64,000 bases of DNA, from assembly GCA_977030845.1 (NCBI GenBank), contig OZ365109.1, positions 12,896,001 to 12,960,000 of the forward strand, given 5' to 3'. The number at the start of each line of letters is the position of its first letter. Within the stretch, counting starts at the first letter, position 1. Source of the stretch: Fimbriosthenelais zetlandica. Taxonomy: Eukaryota. Both the position numbers and the translations under genes were made by a program. The notes below the pieces were generated by a model. It was given only the letters and a program-made list of their open reading frames with translations. It did not search any database and was not told where the DNA came from. Shown one piece after another: positions 10,701 through 23,301 of the stretch.

Positions 10701-13700
10701 ACAGGGATTCCATTCTTCAGATCAATGGTCAGTCCCCATATTAACCATTGACCTTATACAGAAATGACCACCCAAAATGGTCATAATTCATCTCTATAAT
10801 TCATTTCACTTTTTGAACTTAGCTAAGTTCAAAAGTCATACATGCACAGGCGGCCAGTCTATGTGGTAAATATGTATCGAAGACGATGGCGTAGGTCCAT
10901 GCTTGTCCAGTAAAAAACGAAAAAACTACTTTTTATCACCTTCTATATCACTTGAAAAATCTTGGGAAAATTAATCACTCATACTAATATTACTATGTGA
11001 TAAATATTCTTCTGTTTGCCTGTTAGAAATCATAGCCTATCCCACATTTTTTCTTCTTTAAGTTAGAATTTTTATGGAGCGTGTTGTGAGTGGATACCAG
11101 CTCACACTCTTGATTACTCGCGTTTTCGTATGATTTTCAGCTGCGTTTTTCTATCAATTACAAGATAAGAATTTATATTTTTTCCCCAATAGCAATCATC
11201 AATGTTTTTTTCCAGTCAGGTCATCTGTGTATAAAATGTTTATAAAGCAATACAAGTTATTACACGGGGCTGCCTATTCTTCATTAGGCTAATAATTAGG
11301 TCCACCAGGACAATTCCCTTTTGGTTTAAGACTCCATGGGGTAATTTTCTGAAGTACATGTATTAGATAATAATAATTATGCTTACCTCCCGAGGTAAAT
11401 GCTCAGGTCATCAAGATGTATGGACACAAGGGATAAACACGCATGAAAAGTAAAAAAAGTGGGGGTGTGGAAAAGGATCCCTGTGGGATTCCTCCCCTAA
11501 TGCGCTTTATCTCAGTTCACTGGGTTACATTATACTCGCTGAAGAGATCGTCTTTCATCTCTATATCTGTTTCAATGGTTTCACATGCTATGAAGTATAA
11601 TTGTTAATTTAGCCCAAATTTCATTTTTCACATGGAGAAACAATTTTGTATTGGTGCAAGGTTGATTTTTAAGGAAAAACAGAATGTTCCTCCAAGAAAA
11701 AACAATTTGTTCTCTCCACCTGAACTAGATACGATCACGCTAAAAAGTTTTAAGCTCCTCTTTATTATAAATGACTACACTTTATCAATTCATTTGTTAA
11801 AAATCTGTTGGGAGCTTTGCGATGGTCCGAGTTCAAATGCACCGTCAGCACAATCAATCAAAGAATAAAAACGATTAGGAGAAAGTGGAGTATAATTATT
11901 TCGGATCGCCGTTTTACTCCTGAGCAATTTTACTTTTAACTAATACACGTTCCCCTCAAATGTAGAATTATCCTATTTTCATTTGGAGATTTACTCCCAT
12001 TCTGCCCTCACTCTGAATCTCTGACTGGGATTCCAGCGTCATCTGGCTTTCGCCTGCCTGCGATTCGCCCCATTAAGTTCGCATTAAGCTGCCATAGCCT
12101 ACCTGGGCAAACCTGTAATTAACCAAAAACTTCAAAGACAACCGCATGACGACTGGCCAAGACCACCTCATTAGCATATCGTATTGGCAAAAATAATTGT
12201 ACCTTCAGAGACTTTTGACTTCGGCCACAAAGGGCGGAGCCTGCTTGGTGGGTGCTGGCCAGGGGCTGTCCAACACTCTCACTGAGGTAGTAAACCTCCC
12301 AAAGTCAGGCAGTGGAGATATAGCTTCAGTACAGACAGTTCATCATCATACAGACATATACATATATGTCTGAGCCACCTGAGGGATACCAACATTATAC
12401 TTTTGGATCATTTTAGAAATATCCAACGAACTTTGGATTATAAATCAGTGCTTGTGACAGTGTTCCCCCAGCGTAAGGATTCTACCAATGACACTTGTTG
12501 TGAATGGTGTATTTCTATTTGGAGATTATTGCTGTTGACACTTGACTTCCGGAAGTGTTGTGGTCGCGGAAGCTGAAGGGTTGGTAGGGATTCATTCACC
12601 AGCCGACCTGGACATACCGATATGCCTATAGACTTCAACAGAGACTGTCTAGGATATATTTACCTGTGTGTTGACATAAAATGTGTTGTGTATGTTATTG
12701 ACGCCTTGACAGCATAACTTACAATTGGACAAACAAGTGACGCAACTATATAACCTGAATTGTTTACCTGTGTTTGTGGATATAGCAGTGACGTGCCATT
12801 CATTTACTACCGATACATTTCACTCCCAATGATGTGCTCTTTCAAATGTGTCAGATCTCAAAAATGGGCAAATCTCTACTTCTAGGACTTTTACTTGAAT
12901 TAGGATTTGACACAAGATTCTCGAGGTAAGTGGGGTTAATTACCAATAATCTATATAATAATATAAAATCATTAATTTTGTTGTGTTGTTGTGATGATAA
13001 GTTTAATGTTTCTCCCAATTTTATTATATTATTTAAGATGATACATACTAACCAACAGGTACGATTCTATAAATTGTCAAATGTTTTGCTAAACGTACGT
13101 TGAACCACAATTGTTTAGTTGACAGAAAGCTTAATAGTACTGTGAGTCATCACAATTATATTCAATGTATATTGCCAATGTATAATGGCTATTCTTGTTC
13201 AACTGGTCAAGGGGTTAAATGTCAAATATGCTTCAGTGTTACAGTATGTATACAGTATGTCAACCAATGTTTCATTGAAGGACCGTATAAGTTTTTTTCA
13301 GCACATATGATTTATTTACAATATTCAAATTAATCTAAACTGGTTAGTATGTATGTATGTACATTATATATAGGTACTAAAGACGTATTATCGTAGGTCG
13401 GATTATATTATTTATATTTTTAGAATATGACAAATGCATATAATGATGGATTCATCTTTTCTTCACATTCTTTCATACACTTACAATAGCAAATGCAAAT
13501 ACTTCGGTTTACATTCTGGGTATCACCAAATGTTATTCTATTCAATGTCATAAGTTGTTCAAGTCCCTATCAGTGTATCCATTGAAATTGATCTGGACAG
13601 GATATCTGGATATATCGTAGTTATCCTACTATTTACGCTAAATGATAGACCGCTTACACATACTTTGAATACTCTTTTATAGAAAATGAGGATCATTAAA

Positions 13701-16700
13701 AATATATTTGAACACCTGTGTGGGAAAAGATTGAGAGATAGATCTGTGTGTGTTGAGATATTACATATCACAATGACAAGCCGTCCAGTTCAAAGAGTAA
13801 AAAATAAGCTTTGATTTAAAAGGAAAAGTGACGGGGTTGCGAGGCGATTCTTCGTGAATATTCAAAAGCACATTAAGGCCAGGGTAGGGGCCGTCAGGGT
13901 ACCAGTATATGTCAGACATTGCGTGAGTAGGAGTCGCCCTGAATTACCCAACATTTCATGAAGTTGAACAACAAATGAGGAAGAATCAATAGTGTAAGGT
14001 AGTAATGATAGGGATGGGGCGGGGACCTTGCCGAGTCGGCCAGGTCAACTAAAGATGGCCTTCACTTTGTAGGTTTTATCTCACGAATTTTGAGCCAAGG
14101 AGCCGAAAGAGAGGGAGCAAAAGGCGATCTTGATGTTGTCACCTTCAACCGGCAATTTGGATGTAGCTTTCGGTCGTTGTAACTCGACACGATTGTGATT
14201 GATTCGCACCATTTGCAGCCCAGAGAGCTTAGACTGACTATAGAAATATCGGCTATTGATATGTATGTGCTGAAATCAAGGCCATAATTATCAGCCTTTA
14301 AGTATACAAGATTCGTTGCTTTTAACGCATCCGTGGGGTTGATATCAGTATAAAATCTAACTTTGATATTTTGGTCAATAGTAACCGCTTATTTCGCTCT
14401 AAGAACGTTTAATTTGGACTTTCATCACCGAATGTCAAATTTGCATTCCGAAACCAATGTCATATATATATTATTCGACTCGGATGTTTCTAATTTTCAA
14501 CTTTTATTTTAGTACCTATATCTGAGTTGCCACCAGTTCAAAACACCACTTCTTGACTTTTAATTTCAAAAGTGGCTCCCTTTTATAGATAGGATCATAA
14601 AATGAACACACAGGTTTCCGGTCTATTTTCTCCTTGTTTCTTTCTCCTGTCAGTCTAGGTGTTTCTAGCCTATGATAAAAGTGTCCTTTAGACATCCACA
14701 CACATGGTGGGAGCGGTCCGAGTGGAAAAAATCCACTGCCTTCAAGGGCACCGAAGTTTGATGATTGCTGGTCTGAGATAGTTCAGGGTTGTAACCCTGG
14801 TTTGAGGCATGATTACTGGGTTTTGCAGGGCAGTGAGATCGGTGTGTGAGATAGGGAGGCTTTCAGACTCATCAGAGTCCTATTATATCGACCTGGCTCC
14901 AACAGCGCTATCATTACACGCATCCTTCAATTGCCTCTTGTCTGGCAGGCACTGCAGGACATTGCCGAGAGGACCCTACACTTTGTTTTATAGTCTCAGT
15001 GATTAAGGCGAGAAAAACTGGCCAAAAGGTTTTCTGGATATTCAAACGCATTTGGGGAAGGTGTCTTGTATTGAGACAGTGATCGATGCGATAGTGTGGT
15101 CAGCCGAGGTGCTGTAATATATTACAGTGGGAAAATCGGGTTACTTCAGAGCTCTCCTATGATTGATTGCTTCCGAAGTTTTACTGCTCGGCTTTAAAAA
15201 ACTTTCAAAGGGGTTTTTCCGTCCGATATCAGATAGATTTCCTGATAGGAGAGGTCTGGCCATTAGGTCATAGGGAAGAATAGAAGCGGAGTAATTCGTA
15301 ACGCCTGCCAGGCCTGGGAAAGTTTATTGAATATCTGGGCTACTTAATAAGCCTGATGAGGTGCACTGACTAGCTTTTGACTACAGAATACTATTAAATA
15401 GTCATTGGATTCATAACAAAAGTTGCTCGGGAATACGCATCTTGATTATGAGCCATACTTAATGCGTATCTTGATGGCTCCACAATGTCCCAAGCAAATC
15501 AGTCCACCCATAATACATAGACTCCAACCCTTGTACCCAACCAGTATTTTCGGGTTGTAAATTTGTCTCAATTTCCAACCACAGATGTGTGAGTCCCAAG
15601 TAATGATTCGCTGCCTCAGCTCGGGTAAAACTGTGAGGCAGTTTATTTCAATTATTGCAGTAATTTCAGTTTTCAATGCTAGTGAGGGGACTTCCTGCTG
15701 AGGAAGCTTCTAGAAATAGCAGCCTAGCACCTCGGGGCCCGTCTGCCAGACGCCCATCTTCCCTTCTTACCGATCTCACAATAATAGCCCTTCTACCCTC
15801 GGGCTGTCTTTATACATTCCATTTCTGAACCATGGGTCACAAATGAATTGCTGTCCTAACCCCATCCAAAATCGCACACATAACCATCTTAGGAACCTGG
15901 GAGGATATTGGAGTATATAATATAGACACTTAAAGCTTACAGAGCTGCCCCTACGTCCGGTGGGAATCTCGGGTAACATTTCCTCCCACCTTTCACTTGT
16001 ATCTATCTGTTCTATGGTTGTGTTATGCATACTCTAAACCCTATTGCAGATGCTCGAATAACACATCATTGTGTTTGAATTAAAACCCTGAAAGTGTTTG
16101 CACAAATCCTTACCTCTGATTTATCAAGATATAATATGTATCATTTAACTCGGATCTATCAGGAAACCACTGAGAAGGTCAGGCCCTTTTCACTCTTGGT
16201 CCAGACCTAATTATTAATTTGGTATATCTTATGTAAACCTCCAAACAATGATGGTGTAATATGCAAATCAAGTGTTACATAACATGTTGGGGTTAATTGA
16301 AGAAGATGTCAATTACTCGCCCTGGGCCTGGAAGGATATTGTCAATTTTACCCAGAAATGAAGAAGCATACTGTTTCATACACAATATTTCCCCCCTTAA
16401 AACCCGTTTCCATGCTTTTCATAAAAGTGTTCAAAGAAATGTTCTATGGTTCTTCAAGTGTGGGCGTTTTCCGTAAACACAAGCTTCCATAAGAGGGTTG
16501 GAGAGCCTAGAATAATGGTATTATCTTGTGAGGGTTTACTTTGGTGCTTGGCAAAAAAATGCACTAAAGACCACATCACCTGTACTTCTGGTCTGAACTC
16601 TTCAGTTATGAATTCTAATCCTTAATCCTATTAAATGAAAAGTCAGTGGCGATGGTAAGCCCACATGAAATGGACGCTATCATTAATGGGCCTTTGAAGA

Positions 16701-18772
16701 GGTAACATGTACCCCTATGTCATACAAAGAAGCGAAGACTAATCAGACTATGAATGAAACCTGTAAAAAGAGCTTACTTATAGTGCAGGTCAAAAGTGTG
16801 GATTAGAAACCATTCTGTTATGGCAAACGGTAATGTTGAAAATAAGAAATCTCCCCGCCCCCTTACTTTCAAACTTCAAAATGGAATAATTAGTGGTTAA
16901 CGTTCTGATGCCAATTATTTAAACCGACCGATATGTGAAATAATTATTCCAGGCACATGCATGTTTGAATTTGAATCAGTAGCGCTATACATAACTTATA
17001 AGTTTGGTTTTATAAAAAAAGAAATGCATTTTCTATTCCACACCATTTAATTTGGAGAACAAGACTTAGTAGAACCAAGGAGAGTAAACTCTCGTTGGTA
17101 GAACTCCCAGACCCTATTTCTCTCGGCTCACAATTTCTCAGACCCTATTGAAATGTTTCTGAATGGAGTTGCTAATATCATTGTAAGAGTTCTACTCTGA
17201 TACTCCCTGACACAAATCAGCAAATATTGGCTGAAACGATCAAGGAATCAGAGGCGTGGAATCTTGTATAGGTGTACCCTTTGCTGGGTTACTTTGGCAT
17301 GAACTTTTGAATAACGGGAGCCTTTATAAATGAAGCAAGACAGGAAGAACAATTAGATGGATTACGGTGGACAGAGTTAAATAGCCTTAACTTGACGGCT
17401 AATATAATCGTCATTATCTGCCCATCACCATCTGTTCACGCCCTATAGACACCTTTCACTATACATTTACCATTGCCAGCTACAGCTAGTCCTTGTTCCA
17501 AGCTCTTAGTCCGCATTAACATAGTTCACACCGGCATTGTCCACCTGACTTTGATGTGGGGAGATTTTGGCATAATTAGTCCAGGTATACCGGACTTGGT
17601 GGACTGATTCATGGAGGTTGGAGTGAACACCTGGTGCTGAACTTGTGAGGTGAGGTGTGTGGACCGGATTCAGTTGTTGTGTAATTCTCCCTACTGCAAT
17701 TATTAGATGCATTATAGAACCCCTAGCTTAGCCTAATGTCAGGGTAGGTTTAAAGTCAAAAGTAAAACTTCATGCAATTGGTATGTGTCCTTTGATTTTT
17801 GGCTCAGCCCATACTGGGTGATTGCTCAATCATATGGGGCTGGTGTCACATCCAAGCTCATAATTACCATCTTACTTTAACACTTGGGGAAACATGATTC
17901 AATATGTGTACAATTTACCCAACAGAAATGTATTGATGATGAATGCCATTTTAGCATAATATACTTTTATAAAGACATTTTAATTCCATTACTTGACACT
18001 CCGAGTGCCGTTTTTTGTTTGAGATGAATTGGTTCTCTTTACATTAACGTACTATTATGTAATGGTATTATAAATATGAAAATGTGGTAATCATGATTTT
18101 TCTATGAATGAAATGTAATAATACTGCTGTACCAATAACGTTTTGTTGCTGGGAGCCTAGGGGCTGTTCCTTATAGTTAAATATACGAGCGTTTTGCCCA
18201 TATTTAGGCTTGCGTTTGTGAGTTAGTTAGCCCTATTTCTTCTAGTTTAGTTTTTTCGTTCGCTAGCGATCTTTTCCTAAAAAAATGCGCTGCCATTGAA
18301 CATAAATTATTAATACTAGTGGGAATGGAAATGTACATTAAGAACACTATAAATGATTGACTACCTGAAAATACATGGAGAACATGGAATTGGTGAAAAT
18401 AAAAGTCATATAAAACTAAAAAAAAACAAAAAAACTAAGAAACGGGCCCCTGGTCGTAAAGTTATCATCTGTGGAGCAGTATAATGGGTTGTGACTGTTG
18501 TCGTGACAGTCACTAGGTAACAGAACTTAGTGATCGCCTGACCACATCCTAATCAATAACCACTGACCGAATGATGTGTAACTGACCAGGTCAATGTCCA
18601 GTTCTGACCTCCACAACCAACTGCCCTGGCAGGCAAGGTTGATGTTTGTTTGGTTTCTTTATGGGTCTTTACAGATCAAGTGATATCAATGAGTTCTGGT
18701 CGTCTGTCTCTGCACCTGTCTAATAATCATTTTCGACATGCTTTAGTCCAGTCTCCACTGCTGCGATTTTGA

Positions 18773-18836
18773 TTGCGACACTACTGCGACAGATTAGATG
18801 GTGGCACGCATTACCCTTTTCGCAGTAGTGTCGCAA
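18773..18836. repeat. Perfect 17-bp inverted repeat with 30-nt spacer
   Basis: TTGCGACACTACTGCGA (18773-18789) and TCGCAGTAGTGTCGCAA (18820-18836) are exact reverse complements. Confidence 0.95.
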
Positions 18837-21800
18837 GCAAAGTCAAAGCCAATATCTAAATGTCATATAACATAGCATTATTACGCTTACAATTAAGTTA
18901 CATTGTGTTCAGGAATGATAACTTATCAGTTATACAAATATATAACTTTATTTGTTGACGTAGAATGCCAATACAAGGGTAATTAGTACCTGAACTACAA
19001 TCCTGTTCAAGCAACGTCTTTCACCTATACACGGTCAATTGTTTGTCCTTGCACACGACTCCCATTGTATTCTACCATGAATCAGTGCCACATAATGCCT
19101 TATCCCATTATCTCCCTCAAGTCCAGGAACAATCTCAGAAGAAAGACCATCATGTAGATAAGACCCAGAGCATAATCATTGTCAATCCATGCACTGAGGT
19201 CATGGCAGTGATTGCATGCAATGGAAAGTTTAATTACTGTATTTACAGATTAGGCCTCGCTTATCTGGACATTGATGGTCAGTAGTTGGTCAATAGTTGG
19301 CACCAGTGTCCGGCAACACCTGTTAAAGGTCCTGAGTTCGGCCACCTTGAGGTCAGCCGAGGACCTTCAACTGACCATGACATGGGTGTACAAGCGTGAT
19401 GCTTTCTTACACAAAGTTGTAAAAGTAATGGTTGTAACCTGCACACCTCAATGGTCACACATGGGCCTTGATGAGCCATAATAACCCCTCATGGCTCTGA
19501 CCCTTGATACGCCATTGTTAACATGCATCCCCGTGTTCGCAGGTACCAGGCCTGGAAGAAAAGAGAAAACATTAAAAAAAATTCTCATTGTTCTATGGCA
19601 TTTCAATTATTACACACTACTTTAATTACACATCAAAGGATATGAGTATTTTGAATAGAACGCAATATTTGTGCGTGTTTATTTGAATTTAAACCGACAA
19701 AACACTATAATTATATTCGCGCTAAAGTGCGACCAGTGGGTTTATATGAGTGAGGCTGTGATTTAATAATAAAAAGCAGGTGAGGGTTATTAGCATTGTG
19801 TCATTTAGATGAGTTATCAATTGCTCTGTCTCTGACTGGTACATAAAATCGCCAGACCATTTCCCCAAATGTCATATACTACTCACAGGTTTGACATGGT
19901 AATAAACCGTCTATAGTGACGCCTCTATTCATGCTCAAAAGGCGGAAAGAGTTGTGACTCTGAATACCTGATAATGTGGGACTAAAATCATAATTTGGAA
20001 TTTCATTTAAGACTGGTAATGAATTAGTTTCAATCCGAAAGATAATGTTTTTGGAGAGAAACGTTTTTGCAGTCCCAATACAAAGACTAATGCCTGTCTT
20101 TCAATAGGTCTTAAGTCGTTACTGCTTAATCCTTATATTGGGTTTAGTCTAACTTTGGTTAACGGACTTTACAAGGTATCAATGGGGTCATTTAAGGGCA
20201 TTGACCATACCTGATGTGTCGGAGAGATGAGTTTGGTCGTTTCTGTGGGGTTTACCTACCATTTATCCTCAAAATGGATGCAGAGCTAATCTCCTTACCA
20301 AGACTCAATGATGGAACAATTTTGGGCTTGAATAATGATCTTAGGATTATTTTAGAAGAAGCTAACTGACCTGAAAGCTTTTGTGAGATGGGAGATGGCC
20401 GGGTTGGCCACTATATTACGTTCGGTGACAATGTTATCGGCATCCTCCAATTACGATGATCTGCTGATCGGATGATTTCTTTTCTCTGAGAATAGAATCT
20501 CTAAATCTAATCTAACCTAAAGGACTTTTAAACAGATAAGATTGTTGAGAATAGACGTTTTTAGATCGAGATAATCGTATACGGTTTACTATCATAGTGT
20601 GAAATTTGTTTTCTCAAATTTTCACTATTTGTCAGTAATTTTTGTCAGAAAAACGTGGAGCTGCAACTATAGTGTGTTTTGGTCGAATACAAGAATCGCA
20701 TTAATAATTCAACGACTCCGCACCTGCCTAATCATTACCCTTTGCTTATCGATTAAAGGAGAAAAATCCCCCTTATATAAGGCTTATTGTGAGCAACCGA
20801 GTCGGTGGAGATTGTGTAAGATTTAAAAGGGAAAAGTGAGGAAGTCAGAGTTGTACTGTGTCATTTGTCATTGGAAGGTGACAACGTACAGTGTCAGGAA
20901 ACTGACTGTCGGCAGCCATAAGAATAAGGTGCGCCTTCCTTAAAATAAGTATCAGCTACACTCCAAAGAAAAGCGTCTTTTGTCCCTGTCCTTTTGGTAT
21001 CCTCCCCTTACGCAACCACGACAGCAGCGCCCCTTTGGAGTAATGTTGACTTTAGAGACCAACCTTACATCCAGCTTTCGTCTTATGAAGGTAGACACAT
21101 GGTTGTATTTGTTTATCGTCGGCGGAAAGTCAATAATGATTACTTTAGTGTACATATAGACAATATGACAAGAATACATTAAGCTTGAATTAGCTGTAAC
21201 GTTTATCTTAGTTGAGCCATGATTGCTTTAAAGCTATTGGGAACATGGATTATGTTTCCATACTGTTGACGGTTCGAGCCGGGGAAACTTGTCATAATAA
21301 TTCTGGTCTCTATTTCATGATAAATACCTTGATGATAGATTACATGAAAGGAACCCCTGTAGTGCTCTCCGCTGTCACCCGATCTGACCTGTATAGATAA
21401 CTTCTAACATGATCAGCCAATTAGCGTGCACCAAACGAGGTCATATTATCATGAGGGCACCTATAGAATCCTTTAGATTCAATCTAGCAAAAAAACTCAA
21501 GAGGAAACGGTCGATGATATGTATTGTTCTGGTAGGCTGCGTACTCCTATTAGGTAACACCTATGTTTTCTCTGACCTGGCCCAAAGAAGGAGTCCTTTG
21601 TGGATATTGCATGTTCCATGCTTCGATAATTCCCGGAGGAAAGTAATGTTTTGACTCAAGCCTTCAAAGGTGGGTGGGAGTGGGATTGCTCAAAGAATTC
21701 CTTTGCCTTTCGTGAGGGAGCTCTATTTCGATGAGTGAGAGGACAGGTGAATACCCACGGTACATTGCCGAACGACAGGAAAGGCCATGTTTGTGGCTTG

Positions 21801-22540
21801 CACAACGCGAGCAACATTTGACATATTTCATAAAGTAGAAGTCTGTTCTTAAGGTGTTTTGTGATGAACGGATGCGATGATGTGCGATGACCGAACGCAG
21901 GGAACATAATGTATACACACGCGTTGCTTGGGCTGGGTCTTGAGGAAACGCGTGTCAGCCAAAAAAAATAGCAAAAAAAAGACCAAATTGGTGTTATTGT
22001 TGGGAAGTTTTTTCACTGAGCCAAAACATAACTTTTGGCTCGTTTAATTCGCCGAAAAAAAACATGACTCTCGCGTCGACTCTAGTTGATCCCAGAACAG
22101 TTTTTCTGTTTGGTATATACAATTATGCCCAGATTAGAATCAGTAGGAGAATGTCCATTTGCAATGAGCATTTGCAGCTGCCCTTTTAAAAGGAAACGCA
22201 TGACCATTACACTTCATAAATAGTTCCGTTAATTGATCTGATTTGATTTGGGACACGTTCTAACCACTCTATCAGGATTAGATTGAACTTGATGACTTTT
22301 ATGCTCTTTGAAGCAGTTATAAGCATGATGTAACTTTACGGTATTTTTTTGTCTGACCTCCTATGCCACAAAAGATAACAGTTCATCAAAGAGCGTCCGG
22401 TCCGTTAACTAAATACAATATTTTCATGCTTTCATTAACTTTTGCGGGAGTCTTTACAGATGAGTGTTGTATTAAGTGTGAATAGGAAGAGCTCCTTGGC
22501 TGGACTTCAAACAAGCTTCTTCACACCTAACACAATGTCT

Positions 22541-22581
22541 ACCTGACGAGTGTCTCTCCACCTGACGAGAGTCTCTCCACC
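22541..22581. repeat. 19-bp tandem duplication
   Basis: ACCTGACGAGTGTCTCTCC followed by ACCTGACGAGAGTCTCTCC (one mismatch). Confidence 0.9.
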
Positions 22582-23287
22582 ACAAGCTGTCGCTATATGG
22601 TCCAGTGAGAGAAACCCATGGTGGCTCGCTGGTCCATTCTTCATTCTTATCCCGACATCTTCACACCAATTCATTTAGCTTTAATGCCTTTGTTCATTTT
22701 GCTGGAAACATACGGTTTCCTAAGTTTCACTGCCAGTCCCAATTCATTGTTTTGTTGCCCAAACAGGAAATGACTCTTAGCAAAGATATTTTTAAAATGC
22801 TTTTAAAAGTTGCATACCAGTAAATATCTTTCTACTTTGACAATCTTGGGGGAATTGTGTAATACATGTTCCTATAAGTAGAGAATAAACGTACTTTTTG
22901 TTGAAAAACCCTCCCAAACTTTCCCATAATTAGGCCTACATGTACAATGTCTAAATGCTTTTCTGATGTTCCTAACATGTTTATAATGGGAACATGCAAG
23001 CTTGTATTGACATGTCCTAACCACGGGAGGTTTTCATGCTTAATACCATGACGCAGCATGCCATAATGATTACCTTAATTTACCCCGCTCCACTGAGGAC
23101 CACCCTACCCAGAATATACCGCGCGGACGGAGCATGCGCAACGCACAGAACATCAATGGCGGATGTCATGGCCCTTGCCGCATCCTCCTATACATATCCA
23201 CTCACACATGTAATCACTGGCCCTGAGTTCTGCGCGATTCGATGCATTCTCATTTAATTGATGTCATTTTGATCCGAGCACCATGAA

Positions 23288-23301
23288 GTAGCCATGGAAA
23301 C
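23288..23301. promoter_or_regulatory. RFX X-box consensus match in a CpG-richer patch
   Basis: GTAGCCATGGAAAC matches GTHNYYATRRNAAC. Nearby are GCATGCGCA (23132-23140) and CCCGCCC (23394-23400). Motif match only. Confidence 0.3.

Noticed and set aside
12351-12372. 10-bp inverted repeat CAGACATATA-CA-TATATGTCTG
   Set aside because: AT-rich and of a length expected by chance in 64 kb.
14707-14800. tRNA/SINE-like head GAGCGGTCCGAGTGG...GGTTGTAACCCT
   Set aside because: No cloverleaf and a poor B-box.
15578-16030. Integrase-like LPELRQRII..DSH and WEEMLPEI motifs
   Set aside because: Short, in separate ORFs, and in the wrong order for an integrase.
22832-23059. NLPWLGHV, resembling the RTE C-terminal R-x-RWLGHV-x-R motif
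   Set aside because: Single short motif with no supporting context.
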